In this document: positions 26,901 to 39,882 of the stretch, piece after piece | Numbering within the stretch: the first letter of the stretch is position 1 | Layout of the letters: every line of letters begins with the position of its first letter | Assembly: GCF_001194135.2 (NCBI RefSeq) | Contig: NC_068994.1 | Location: forward strand, 970,235-1,033,653 | Origin: Octopus bimaculoides | Taxonomy: Eukaryota | DNA: 63,419 bases | Reading direction: 5' to 3' | Notes under the pieces: generated by a model | Databases searched by the model: none | What the model was told of the DNA's origin: nothing | The model's input: only the letters and a program-made list of their open reading frames with translations | Program-made: the position numbers and the translations under genes

Positions 26901-29900
26901 ATCTCTATTTTTGATATTGAAAATAATATTTTGTTTGCTAAATGACTTTTGATGTGTTTTAAAGAATAAAAACCAACCTAATATATCCTTGTTTGTATTA
27001 GGGTACCATTAAGGATTATCAGGTCAACGTATCATTCTTCGTTTGCATTCAGGAGTATCTCTCAGCTCAAAAGATCATTCACAGGGACCTAGCCGCCCGC
27101 AATGTACTGGTATCTTCCCATGATTTGGTCAAACTATGTGACTTTGGGCTGGCCAGGGATGTTTACGAGAATGACTTCTATCACCTGAAAAGCAGACAGA
27201 AACTTCCTTATAAGTGGATGGCCATTGAAACATTGAAAGACCAAATATTTACTGTGAAGAGTGATGTGTGAGTAGATTTGCTTGGAACCTTCTTTCTTTG
27301 ACTTTCGGGACGTTTAGTGTGAGAGTGGGTTGGTACATTCTTCAAATTGTGATGTTTACTTGAAGTAGTAGGACTCTGCCAAACCCTTCCTAGTCACATT
27401 TTATGTTGGATAAATTTTATTAGAGTTAATATGCAGCTATATATGTATATATATGAATGATATATGTATATACATATGTATATATCAATGTATATGTATG
27501 TATGTATATATATATACATATGTAGATGAATGTATATGTATGTATATATATATATATATACATATGTATATGAATGTATATGTATGTATATATATATACA
27601 TATGTATATGTATGTATATATATACATATGTATATATATACATATGTATGTATATATATACATATGTATGTATATATATACATATGTATGTATATATATA
27701 CATATGTATGTATATATATACATATGTATATATATATATATACATATGTATATATATATATGTATGTATGTGTATGTATATATATGTATGTATATGTATA
27801 TATATGTGTGTGACGCAAAATGTCCAACCATTAAGCTAAGAAACTTTTCTCTTATTTTCTTTTTTAATCTTTCATCATTCTTTTCATTTATTTAACTTGT
27901 ATTACTAACGTGCTTCTGTAATTATCAAGTAACTGACAAACGCCATCAAAATCATAACCATTAATTGTTGTGTGCCATACAACATGAATTTTGACATACA
28001 ATATATATATATATATATACCTCTTGTTTCATTGTTTGCTTTTTAGGTGGTCCTTTGGTGTGGTAATGTGGGAAGTGACTTCGTTTGGCAGTTGCCCCTA
28101 TCCTGCTTTAAATGGCCTTGAACTCTATCAGTCTCTTGAGCAAGGATATCGCCTGTCCTGTCCTCCAAACTGTTCACCAAAACTGTATGTAGTTTAAAAA
28201 AGATTTTTTTTTGTTTGTTTCTGCTAGATGTTTCACAGGGTGAAAGGTGACTGTGATAATGTTTCTGTATAGTATAATAATGTTGGTGTGTGGAATGATA
28301 ATGTTTCTGCATTGGATAGTAATGCATGTATGTGTAATGATGGTGTTGTTGAGTATGTGTGTGTGTGTGTGTGTTTGAAGTGAAGATGTTTTTGTGAGTG
28401 AAGTGATAATGCATTTAACTAATACAATAATGTTTGTGATTGAAATGATAATGTCTATGAGAGATGAATTAAGGTTTTGTGGATGATGTCATTGTGCAAA
28501 ATAAAAATATATCTATATGTGATATTATTGTGTGTGAAGTGATAAATTATTGATATGCTAATAGTATTTTGATACAATACTGTATTATGGAATATATCTA
28601 CCGATTTTAGCCAATACTGTCTGGATAGATGGGTGTAAATGACTTTATATAATATCTTCAAGGGCTGTGAAAAAAAGGGTCAGCTGGACTAGTTTCAAAC
28701 CTGTGTTGGGATTTCATTAGTGACTGACCATTCTTATTCTCTTTTAGTACCCTCTTTAACTATAGCCATTGACACAGCTAATGAAGCCACAAATGGAAAT
28801 AAGAGAAACCTATTATGAATTATACTGTGACCAATGATTTAAAATGCAAACTATATTTATATATTTTAAATGTGTCATGTTGCTGTAATATTTCTCATGT
28901 GACATACCTGTGATACAGGTGATGCATTGTATTTTGTGATCTGTGGAACAAAACCATCACTGACCCACATTTGGACATGTTTCTCAGCAACATATACACT
29001 CACACTTACACACACACATGCGTGCGCACATGTGTGTGTGTGTTCTAAGATTCTCAGATTGTTACTGAGTTTCATGTTTTTGACTGGACATTTAGAAATA
29101 CAAAACTCCCATGATAGTAGCCAATCAGCATTTAATAAACTCTACACATTTGTGGCACAGTGAAGATTTGTGAGACATTCCTAAAATATTCCATCTGAGA
29201 TTCTTCAGGTGAAGAGATGCACACTTGGATGTATGCATCAACAGTTCGACCGACACACCAGCTCAACCACATATTCACAAACACGGGGAACTCTCCTAAC
29301 TCGCAATGTCTTGTTGCTTTGTTAGCAACTGATTTGATCTCTCTTCAGGAGAACTTAAATAAGACTCAAAGAAAAATCATCAATACGTGTGTGTGTGTGT
29401 GTGTGTGATTGAGTGTTGCTATGTTCTTCATGGAATCTCCAACATTCCAACAGAACTGTAAGGAAATGCCTCAATTCCAGAATATTCTTAATAACTTTCT
29501 TATCTTCAAAATAAAGTTGAAACATAAAATATGAGCAATTTCAAGAGTCTAGTTTTTTTTTCTAGTTATTCCATAATGAAGAATTGTTGGCACAGAGAAT
29601 CAACCATGCGTCCTGGGTTTTCAGAATTACGCTGGAGTGTTGAAAAACTTATGGAAGAAGAGAATTGTTACCTTCAATTAGAGAGCAGAAGAGAATGTAG
29701 TGCTGTAGATGGCACTGTTGCAGCCAGCCCATTATTGGAATCAAAGTAAGACAACTTGTTATTATATATGCATGTTTGTGGCTGTCATATGACATATCTG
29801 TAATGTGTCATAAGTAGATCTGACTGACATTAAGATATATCACAGTTAATCTTCATCAAGTGTCAGCCATCATATGTATGATTCCAGTTCACCCATTCAA

Positions 29901-30771
29901 GGATCTTTCTCCCTGCTTCCCCTGTTAGAGGACCATCTGTTCTGCTCTGTTCCAGGTGAGAAACAAAGGATGGGCTGTCATTTTATTGGTTTATTATGAA
30001 ATGATCTAAAATGTTGTTGTTTAAGGACCAAAATGTCATGAGAGGTGGATGTTCTGACTCACGGGGCCCTGAATTCAAACCCTGCTGAGGTCAACTTAGC
30101 CTTTCATTCTTTCAAAGCTGATAAATAAAGCCCCACCATTTCAGGGTGGTGGATTGGTAGGAGAGTGGATGGGTCAGGGGTGTCTTTTGGGGACTGTATT
30201 CATTCACCAGCACTGGGGCTATGCACTGGCGGCCCTTGGTCTTTACCTTGGATAACATCATTGGCATGAAGAGGAGGGAGACATGCATGTAGAGATAGCT
30301 GGTGGTCTTCAATGAAAGAATCTTGCCAGAACCTCCATGTTGGAAGGGACACATACCAGAGCCTAGATGTTGTAGGGGATATTTGAAGGGAAGCATTCTT
30401 CATCTCACAGTACCCATGTAGCTTCACAATAAATCTTTTCATTTTGGGATAGATTTTTTTCCCTCCCATTTAATCAAATCATTAAATTTTGTAATGTTTT
30501 CACTTTCAGCAAATCCTCTAATTGTATCGAGATGAAGGCCACCACACAGGAGGATTACTTGTCACCTGACATGAGTCTACAGAAGCCTGAACCCAGGCGG
30601 TATCAAGTTGTTGAGAGACAAAGGGTTGTCACTACACATGTCTATAAGTCACCAGATGATGTTACCTTGAAACACTGTATATTTCTTCCCAAATCTGTCT
30701 CTGTCAAACTCTCAACTCTGACCAGTTTGAAATATTTTCAAGAGAAAGTTTACGATTCTGGTTTTGGATAA
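13012..30771 (+). CDS. tor: Torso-like receptor tyrosine kinase (PTTH/Trunk receptor family), ~969 aa, 21 coding exons
   Basis: Exons with GT-AG ends and consistent phases, total 2910 nt, no internal stop: 13012-13173, 15447-15533, 15998-16054, 16931-17009, 17143-17369, 18283-18406, 19738-19836, 19979-20046, 20829-20997, 21714-21925, 22805-22922, 23092-23139, 23919-24067, 24340-24541, 25223-25407, 26093-26168, 26802-26854, 27053-27267, 28047-28184, 29566-29745, 30510-30771. Torso-like ectodomain motifs, compared from memory with Drosophila Torso: [29 protein letters not shown]...PSC...YTHC. Alternative start Met at 13033. Confidence 0.85.
13957..14070. repeat. Second copy of the 7871 repeat, ending in tagggttagggtt
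   Basis: Direct sequence similarity to 7871-7970, followed by two TTAGGG-type units. Confidence 0.6.
17143..23139 (+). CDS. tor: RTK exons 5-12: three fibronectin type III-like modules and stalk
   Basis: FN3 signatures: YIYWNITY...WHVVAN|[27 protein letters not shown]; [10 protein letters not shown]|[10 protein letters not shown]...[20 protein letters not shown]; APESVRNL...IHIKWKAP...ITGYLVSW...[23 protein letters not shown]. Confidence 0.85.
17868..18063 (+). mobile_element. Octopus-type tRNA-derived SINE (well-conserved copy) in RTK intron 5
   Basis: gccgggtgaaatgcttagcggtatttcgtctgccgttacgttctgagttcaaattccgccgaggtc... with box B-like gttcaaattc and an A-rich tail. Confidence 0.8.
20215..20470 (-). 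mobile_element. R4/Dong-like non-LTR element, restriction-like endonuclease C-terminus
   Basis: Minus [30 protein letters not shown]...[13 protein letters not shown] matches the recalled RLE tail (PIVVGALG...LQKTALLGTARILRKVL). Confidence 0.75.
20480..20760 (+). mobile_element. RTE LINE 3'UTR/tail with (GAT)n end
   Basis: ...gtagaaactctgccaaatcaga.tggagcctggtg...caacccatgctagcatggaaagc.gacgttaaacgatgatgatg, the same tail as at 55084-55212 behind an RTE ORF end. Confidence 0.8.
23493..23880 (+). mobile_element. Two tandem octopus-type SINE copies between (ATT)n tracts, RTK intron 12
   Basis: Two successive matches to the 17868 SINE (aaaatgctttgcagcattt...gttcaaat...gaggtc.attttg.ttttcatcctt). 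Confidence 0.7.
23919..24067 (+). CDS. tor: RTK exon 13: transmembrane helix
   Basis: [38 protein letters not shown]; tacag| acceptor and aag|gtaagt donor. Confidence 0.9.
24340..29745 (+). CDS. tor: RTK exons 14-20: tyrosine kinase domain with short insert, catalytic residues intact
   Basis: [22 protein letters not shown] (alphaC Glu), [81 protein letters not shown]. Confidence 0.95.
27430..27810. repeat. Compound (TA)n/(TATG)n microsatellite in RTK intron 18
   Basis: Directly visible. It generates the spurious YI-rich ORFs in the track. Confidence 0.95.
30510..30771 (+). CDS. tor: RTK last coding exon: C-terminal tail with Tyr motif EDYLSP
   Basis: Acceptor ttttcactttcag|C joins in phase 2 with the donor at 29745. 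Frame reads [24 protein letters not shown]...DSGFG*. Confidence 0.75.
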
Positions 30772-33584
30772 AGAAGACTGTTGGAACAAATTTAGCAATC
30801 TTTGGCAAAATATATACCCTTTTGCCAAGTTAGTGAAATATTTAAAATGTTTACAGTTGGATAGATAGACAAATATAACAAAATAATTTGACAAAAAAAA
30901 ATGTGAATTTTTAATTATTTTCTGAGATTTTACAAAAGCAACAAAAATATATTAAAATTTTCTTTTTCTTTTAGTTTTCAAGTTCAAATATTTTATTTGA
31001 GAAGAAAATGGAGGAGGGTTTTAGAGAAAGATTTGTCAGGTTTCATCTTTTTTTAGTTTTTAAAACAAACTTTCGAAAAATTTCTAAAGAAGAAAGTAAA
31101 GAAAACTTTGTATTTCTTTATTTTAGCAATTAATGTCTAAGTTTATGTTTCTTCAAGCAAATAATCCTTTAATGAGTTGCTTGATTAATTATAGATTTCG
31201 ATGAACTTTGACATTGATGTTATATATTTTAGCATAAATTTAGAGTTTGTTGGGGAGAGAAATGAAATCGTATTATCATTTTCTGAGAAAGTTTCATGTA
31301 AATATTTTCAATTTCTTTATTTGTAAGATCTCCGAGAGAAGTCCACAACTCTCCTGTACGACCTCTTACTTTTACATCTCTTTTATTACACGTGTAAATA
31401 ATTCTCTTCATTTTTACTGATGGAATTTTTAGTCCTTTGTAAATTGTAAAAATATAGAAACCTTTTCTTTTTATTATTCCATCCATGCTTTATAATTATC
31501 ATTTTAGCCATATCTTTTTATAATTTCTTCCAAATATTTTTAATATTTATACTTTTGATATTTCTTTTATGTAGTTTTTATAATTTCTCTCATTATTTTT
31601 ACATCATTTCTCCTGTATATTTTAATATTTTTGCCATGTCATTTTATATCTTTCATGGTTTTAATACTTCTTTCTTGTCTGTTTTTTTCCCCCTATTTTT
31701 TCTTTATCTTTCATTATATCTTTTCTAATTTACAAATTTCGACACATCTACCTCCCCACCCACTTTATTTAATTGAAATATTCTTAATTTCATTTTCTTT
31801 ACCTTGTCCAATGTGGACATTAAAACAACCACACCTACTTGATGTAGATCAGACAAAGACATGACATTTGTTGAGTCATCGATGAAAACAAATTTCAATT
31901 CATTTTTTATTTTTGGTTTGATTGGATCCTGAAAAACTACCAAAAAGAATAAATAAGATGAAATAAAATATGCTACAATTTGTATTTCGGTTGACGAAAG
32001 TCAAAACCATCACATTTTAAAGAAGAGCTCTAAACAAGGTGGGGTAACAAGTTACTTTTAAAGATATTTTGCCATTGAAATAAGTTTATGACTCAAACTC
32101 TATTGACCAATCTTTATATTGTTTGTATTCCCACCAAATTTACACGTAAGGTTTGAGTCTTGTTGTTGATTTAATTATTTTTAGATTGGTTTAACAAACT
32201 TCTATATCCAACAAAGATCAGTGTTTGTGCCGGGCTTTTTGATGTACAACAAATGTTTTGTTACAAATTAACTTTTCAATGTCTGCTTCATCAGGTTTCA
32301 TTTTATTATTATTATTATTATAGATGAGTGATTATCATATTTCCAGAAACTTGGTTTCTGAAATATCTTTCACCTTTAAACTGTAGCAAAAATAGATTTG
32401 GTGTGGATACTTCTGAAATGCTGGCTGGACAAGGTTTTACTAACGCTTTCTCTACAACACTGACAATTTTTATTTCTTCAAATAAAATATTTGAACCACA
32501 TTTGATTAGAATAAAACCAGTGAAACAGCTTGAGTTATTTAGTTTTTCTTTCATCTCTATTTTGTAATGTTTCTTTTTCGTTAAGTGGAACACAACATAT
32601 TTCATTCATCATCATCATCATCATCATCATCCAGTGTTTTAAGTCCAATCAAAACTGGTTCAATCTCACTGCAAATGTCATTTTCTACGGCTTCAAGCTG
32701 ACCCTTACCCCATGAGTGAAATTGGGGAGACAGAAAATGCAAAGGAGCTCATCAGGTGGATTGTACCTCTGTCCATCCTTGTCACACACTGTGCTATGGT
32801 GATCCTGCCCTGAGAATTACTTTGAGGGAACAGCACTTGTCTGAGGAGTACTCAGCCGTCTACACATTAACCCACAGGTAGGTAATTCATTTGAGAGAAC
32901 AACAAAATCCCCCTTGTTGAATGATGGTGATCCAGCATATACGTGTGTGTGTGTGTGTGTGTGTGTTTGCTTACATTTGCACCACTTCTCTGAAAATCCT
33001 TCAGCTTCAAGCAGTGATATTGTTATCTTCCCAGTTAATAAGTCATCTGCTGGCTTTGCATCTTTCAAGAACATCCAGCTGTAAAAAACCGCCCCAGTAA
33101 CACATTTATAAAGACTGTATATGCATGGTGTAGATTTTCGCAGGCTATGGATACACAAATTAATCGATACCAACGATGTATTGGCTGGACAGGCCATAGC
33201 CTAAAAAAAAACACATTAACAATGTAAAGTTTATTCAAAAGAAGATTTATTCAAAATTGTCTTTTTCTTATGATATATCGGTCAAGAATACTAATCACTA
33301 CATCTACTAAATATGATCAGTACAGTATAGTGCTCCAGCATGGTCTTAACCATGGTGACTAAAGTAAACTACTGCAATACATTTATCACACTCTCAACTC
33401 CATCCCCAAAATCATGGGTTCTCAAACTGGGGGTCCATATTGCATGCTGCAGGAGTTTTTATAAGACAAATTGCAGTTCATCAATTTGGTAAAAATATTG
33501 GAATTTTTGGGGTCAAATAAAGGACCAGCTGGAGTTGTATGTCTGAGATTTTGCCTTTGGATTAAACTCACTGTTTTGATGTTT

Positions 33585-34937
33585 CTATATCAACTTGATG
33601 AAGACTGCCGCAGCATCACCTCTTCTTCCCCCTGAAGCAAAACAAAAGATCACATGATGTTTGAGTTGTACAAATTCAAGTTCACAAACAGATTTTAGGG
33701 GTCAGTTGACCTCTGACATCACATTACATTGTTACCCCTGTACCCATTCTTAACTATCACACCATCTCACTCTTTCACTCTCTACATACATTCTCTAGTT
33801 ACAGATATATGGTAGAATGCAGTGAATGTCATGTATGTATCTGCCTTCAATCTACCATTAACTTCATCATGATTCCAGGCCAATCAAAAGTACTCTGTGG
33901 TTCTATGATTGATGGACTGTGGGAAATGGTTCAACTACCAAATTGGTCCTTTCAGTGCCTGACCTGTGTGTCTTCCCCCAATAACATTCTTCAACATAAA
34001 TTGGCTATCAGCAGGAAAGTTAAGATAATTAGATAATTAATATTTCGGATAATTAATTAGATAATGTTTTTGTGGAATACAACCAAAATCCCTTGTAGTA
34101 ACTGGTTCTAAAGCAAAAAATTGTATGCAATAACCCAAAACTGGAATAATCTGTTCAAAACCCTGCCCACAGCTACAGACAAACCAAGGCACATTGCAAA
34201 AGTCATAGAATCTACTTCACATCATCTGATTGTCATTGTCATCTCCAAAGAAACCATTGATCTTCAGATATTTGCTGATAACTTGTCCAAGGACTTTGGC
34301 TGTGCTCCTCCAAAAACTGTTCATTGTCTCGGGTAACAGAATCCCAAACCCAGACTAGTCAGATGGGTTTTCTCAATTTACACCTAGATGCATCCATACA
34401 AAGTCTGATCGAATAGCCATAGGGGTGGGGTGGGACCATGTGATCATTTATGTTCATTCAAGCTTTTCAACAATCTCTTGTGACAATTTGATGCAGTTGC
34501 AGCAAGAGAATATTTTTCTGTCTCATTTGTTTGAATACATCAAATCTTCCATTTACAGTTGTTTCTGACCCTCGAGAATTACCATCGAGGGACAAAAAGG
34601 TTTGACATCTGCACAGTTCCATCTAAGAAAACAGTTCCCTATCTTTTCATCACTGGTTATTTCAACTACTTAGAGATTGTTTTGGAAACCTTTCATCAAC
34701 TGGAAAGGGAAAGGGATTTCCTAGATAGGTTGTTTAAAGTAAAATAGAAGTTTGTCTAAATGGTATTTTGCCTGCTCACCTGAATAAATGGTGACAGACG
34801 TTGTGAGAGGTGAATAGATGAGTGTGGGGTAGTACTCAGCTTTCTGCCATGAGCAGCGTGCTGATTCACTGACAATCAACCAGGACACAAGACGTTCACA
34901 ACCTTTTTGAACCTGTGATATGTAAAAGTGTCTTTGT
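33585..34937 (-). CDS. Last two coding exons (34780-34937 and 33585-33631) of an uncharacterised invertebrate-type domain protein; upstream exons not located
   Basis: Acceptors ttctccctttcag| and tcttttgttttgcttcag|, donor cag|gtgagc, matching phase 1. Spliced: QRHFYISQVQKGCERLVSWLIVSESARCSWQKAEYYPTLIYSPLTTSVTIYSG|GRRGDAAAVFIKLI*. Resembles a recalled C-terminal pattern R.FFI...Y.GC..D.GWL.V...C.WE...YP..LYS...AD..A.FIK of unannotated mollusc/cnidarian/amphioxus proteins. Confidence 0.65.
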
Positions 34938-35886
34938 CTGAAAGGGAGAATCAAATGGTTATTAATGATGGAATAAGAACGACAGGGATTATGATAACAA
35001 CAACAACAACAAAAAGCAATATAAAAAGGATAAAGACAACTGCAAAAACAAAAACAAGAATATCAATGAAAATAACTAGAATAACAATATGAAGATTTTT
35101 TCAGCTCCTTTATAATAAACACGACATTCCTATTTCAATTATAGACTTACACCAACTCAGCACTGTTCAAATAGCCAGAATATACCTGGGTAATATAGGA
35201 CAACAGTGCAGGGTACATATATATAATCATGAAGCAGTATATAGATACCACTACACACAAACAATAAATATGATGCAATATATAGATCACAGCAATATAC
35301 AAACACTAAATAGGACAACTACAAAAATAAACAGTAAACAGGATGACAATAGCAACAACATAAATTATTAATAAGACTACAATAACAACACACAAACACT
35401 AAATAGAAAGCCCAGGATAATGCAGAAATGCATAGATTCCATATAAAATCTGGCAATATGACAAACAATGGTAGAATATACTTTCATATTGTATGGCGTA
35501 TAATGTGAGTGGAGTTTATAGAGTTGTATCTATTGTGTTTGAGTATATTATGTGTGGTATATATATGTATGCTGTATGATGGTTGTATATCCTATGTTGG
35601 TGTATATATTATGTGTATAGAGTGTGACAGTAATATTTGTGTATATACTGTATGTGTATATATGCATTTATTACATGAGCTATATTGTTTGTGATAGCTA
35701 TCCCATAATTCCTATTTAAATGTTAAACTTTTCTCTGTTGTTTTCCCTCACAAGAAATATCAATAATCTTAATCATGTTTTTCCTAATCAGTAAAGCGAG
35801 TAGCCACATCAAAGTGGCAGATGACTGTTATTACTAGTTTAACCCCAGGCAGATTTTGAGCTAATGTACATACATACATAAATACA

Positions 35887-35937
<51 letters not shown>

Positions 35938-35938
<1 letters not shown>

Positions 35939-36140
35939 TCATTCTTTAATTTGTTTCAGTCATTTGACTGTGGCCTTGCTGGAGCATTGCCTGAAAGAGT
36001 GTTAGTTGAAGAAATTGAACCCAGGACTTAGTCTTTGTAAGCCTAGTACTTATTCTATTGGTCTGTTTTGCTGAACTGCTAAGTTATGGGCGACATAAAC
36101 ACACCAACATTGATTGTAAAGCGATGGCAGAGGGACAAAC
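35938..36140 (-). mobile_element. Octopus-type SINE (second family/orientation) with (TA)n tail
   Basis: ttgtttcagtcatttgactgtggcc.tgctggagca...aagcctagtacttattctat.ggtc..ttttgctgaac.gctaagtta...aaacacaccaaca. Confidence 0.65.
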
Positions 36141-36149
36141 ACTAAATGG

Positions 36150-36560
36150 TTTGTTGTTGCATCAAATGTGTTGCAGAATCTGCATTTAGAGTCGGAACCA
36201 GTTTGAAGAATATTAGCCAGGTAGTTTCTGGTAAACAAAATTTGATCTTGTGCTGCCAATATGAAACGTTTAGCCTCTGCTTTCAGTCCTGAACTTCTCA
36301 GCCACCGATGGATTGTTGCTTGGTCTACACCAACATTTCAACTTTGAAAAGTATATACTGTCCATGCAGGGGCTTCTGGCCCCACCACTCCTCAATTTGT
36401 TTTTGCTCATTCTTTGTTGCAGTCTGTTTGATCCGTTTTGCTTTTTTTCATGGCAGTGGTTTCATGTTCTTCGTCTCATTCAGGGTTAATGCCAAGTTCC
36501 CTTGGTAATTTGCAATTTTTCTTGACAATAGAATGTGACTTTTTTGTTGCTTCATGTTTG
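36150..36560 (-). mobile_element. R4/Dong-like non-LTR element fragment (zinc-knuckle region)
   Basis: Minus: WWGQKPLHGQY... and AAQDQILFTRNYLANILQTGSDSKCRFCNTFDATTNHLV (AQDQ...CRxC...HL motif). Confidence 0.75.
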
Positions 36561-37091
36561 CACACGAGCTGAAAGGTACAATATGTAGAATGGAGCTGGA
36601 AGTCAATAATAAAACCAATGGCTTTTGGTGGAGGTGATGGGGATAGTAATGATGAAGGCATTCTAATGAGACGGGGAAGAGAGACATTAAAGGATGATGA
36701 GAAGGCTTCCACACAGTTTCCATCTACCAGATTGTGTTCACAAGTCATTGGTCAATTTGCTGCTAGAGTTGATTACACTTGTCCAAGGATTCTGTGAGAA
36801 TAATCAACTTTTTGAAATGATCTTCTTAACAGCAAAACTCTGCCATTTTCCATCTGTACAATGAAATGGTTTACATTAAAGTGAAGCCATTAACTGAAAC
36901 AGTCCGATGTATCATGTGTAAAGTGAATCATCTATGAAAGACCAAAAATGTAGGACGATGTCAGGACAAAGAAGGTGAAAGGTTAATCTCCATTCTGTTT
37001 AGACTAAAATCCATATTGTTTTTGTCTTTGTGAAATTTGATACAAGCAGGTGACAGAGTGGAGATGGAACACCCTGCGTACATACATACAT

Positions 37092-37205
<114 letters not shown>

Positions 37206-37255
37206 GGTGCCTTCTCAATGGAATTGGTATTCTTTAGAAGAGAGAAACAGCTAGA

Positions 37256-38268
37256 ATGAAACTAACAGTTACTCTTGTGTTCCTTGTGGCTTTTGCCCTG
37301 ATTGTCGGAGGTAAGAAGAGTTTTAACACCTCATGCTTTATTTCATCTCAAGTTTAATTTTACTGCTATGCCCATACTGGGGCACTGCCTTCAAAGGTTT
37401 TACTCAATTTTGTTGATCTCACTCCTAATGCCTGATACATTATTTATTGATTTCTATTTATTGAATGGTTATGTTATATATATCATCATTTAACCCATAC
37501 TGGGATGGTCAGATGATTTGACCAGTGCTGGTAAAGCTAGGGGCCACACCAGGCTGCATTGTCTGTTCTGGAATTGTTTCTATGGCTGAATGCCCTTCCT
37601 AACACCAACCACCCTGCAAAATGTACTGGGTACTTTATATATGGCACCAGCATCAGTGTTTCCAATATGGCACCAGCATGTGTTTTTTATGTGGCACTCT
37701 GCTGTGGTGGATGGGTCTTTTTGAGTACAGTAAGGTGCTTAGTCCTTTGTCATCTCCTTCGTCAGGCTCAGTGTTTTGAGATCAACCTTCAATACTTCCA
37801 TGTCTTCCTGGGTCTCCCTCTTCTACAAATTCCATCCACTTTAAGTGATCGACACTTCTGCATTCTACTGTCTACATCCATACACATCACATGACCAAAC
37901 CAGCATAATATATATATATATANNNNNNNNNNNNNNNNNNNNNNNNNNNNNNNNNNNNNNNNNNNNNNNNNNNNNNNNNNNNNNNNNNNNNNATCTTTTT
38001 ATCTTTTATCTTTTCTTGGTTTCAAACAGAGGCTGAGATCATGCTGGAGCTCCACCTTTTAGTGTATTAAAGAACTGTTAGCACGCCGGGTGAAATGCTT
38101 AGTGGCATTTCACCTGCCTTCACATTCTGGGTTCATATTCTGCTGAGGTTGACTTTGCCTTTCATCCTTTTGGGGTTGATTAAATGAGTACCAGTTACAC
38201 ACTGGGGTAGATGTAATCAACTTAATCCCTTCCCCTAAATTTGAGGCCTTGCACTTCCAGTAGAAAGA

Positions 38269-38313
<45 letters not shown>

Positions 38314-39838
38314 GTATGATTATTCATATTCTCTGTTCAACTTGTGCCAAACATTTCAACCCATGCGAGCAACAAAGACAAACATTAAATGATGATGATG
38401 ATGATGATGACAATGATGGTGATGGTAATGAACCTCAAATTCTTTGTAATTTGTTATGGTAATGTCCCCTCATCCATTGCCCTTCTGGCAAAGTAAAGAA
38501 ATGTTGTTGTTGTTGTCTGAGTGTTGGATTAGCAGAAGTGTTTGAGGCTGAGACAAGTTCAAATTCTGCCGAGGACAACATTGCTTTCATCTTTTTAGGG
38601 AGTCGATGAAATAAAGTACCAGTGGTGTCTTAGGGGTTGGTATAATCAGTGAAACCCTTCTCTTCAATCTATGACATTCTTCCAATGCTAGAAATATTGT
38701 TGTGGCCATATGTGCAGGAATGAAATTTGCTTAGGGGTTCAAATCTAGGTCTAACCTAGGATGTTTGAAGCACTTTCATTGCCATGCCCACCACCCAGCA
38801 AAATTTAGGGAGTGCACTTGCAACGCCTGCACCCTAATTTCTGAACCTATGGTTGTGGCTGTCGTTTTTGTTGTTGTTGTTAATTTTTATTTACATTTTC
38901 TTTTTTATTCTTTTTACAGTTCAGTCTGCTTCTCGTAAGTACGTTTTAGATATAATCATGCACACAGGCACACACACACACACACTCATACACATACACG
39001 CTCATACACACACACACTCGTACACATATACGCTCATACACACACACTCACACATTCACACACACACACATTCATACACACACACGTGCATGCACACATA
39101 TTCACACATACACATTCACACACACATTCATGCACACACACATTCTCACACACATACATTCATACACATACACACATGTTCATACACACACACGCATGCA
39201 ACACACACATTCACACACACGTGCATGCACACACATATTCACACACACATTCACACACACACACACATTCACGCACACACACATTCTTACACACATACAT
39301 TCATACACATACACACATGTTCATACATACACACACATTCACACACACATATTCACACACACACTTACACACACACACACTCTCACAAACACATACACAC
39401 ACACATACACACTGTTGTTTCCTCTCTTATTCAAAATATTCTACATTTGTTTCACTATTTTCAGAAGATGGACATGACCATCATGAACACCATCAACATG
39501 AAGGTAAGACATTTATCTCTGGTTCCCAGCAACCAGTTGAATAGACCCCTAGTAACCAGCTGAACAGACCCCTAGCAACTAGTTCACTGAACCCAGGTGG
39601 TTAAGTAGCTCTGAAATTGTCTGTAAACCACATGTCATAGGAGTCCAGTTGGTCCTTTTACTTCATACCTTTACAATATTAATTGGTCATTTTGGTAGAG
39701 AAGAAGCCTGCCTGGTTTAATGATGAAGTCTTTAAGTCTAGGATTAAACCTAGTTTTGGAGGGAAGGAACTGGTCTCTTTCTTTCTTCCCACATGCAAAT
39801 GGTTGCCGATATTTATGAATATTACAAGTATTCATAAA

Positions 39839-39882
<44 letters not shown>

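Noticed and set aside
27394-27895. Multiple YI/CI-repeat ORFs on both strands
   Set aside because: TA/TATG microsatellite inside an RTK intron.
38853-39563. Long His/Thr-rich ORFs (236, 152 and 115 aa)
   Set aside because: They are translations of a CA microsatellite. Only 38920-38934 and 39465-39503 have splice support, as micro-exons.
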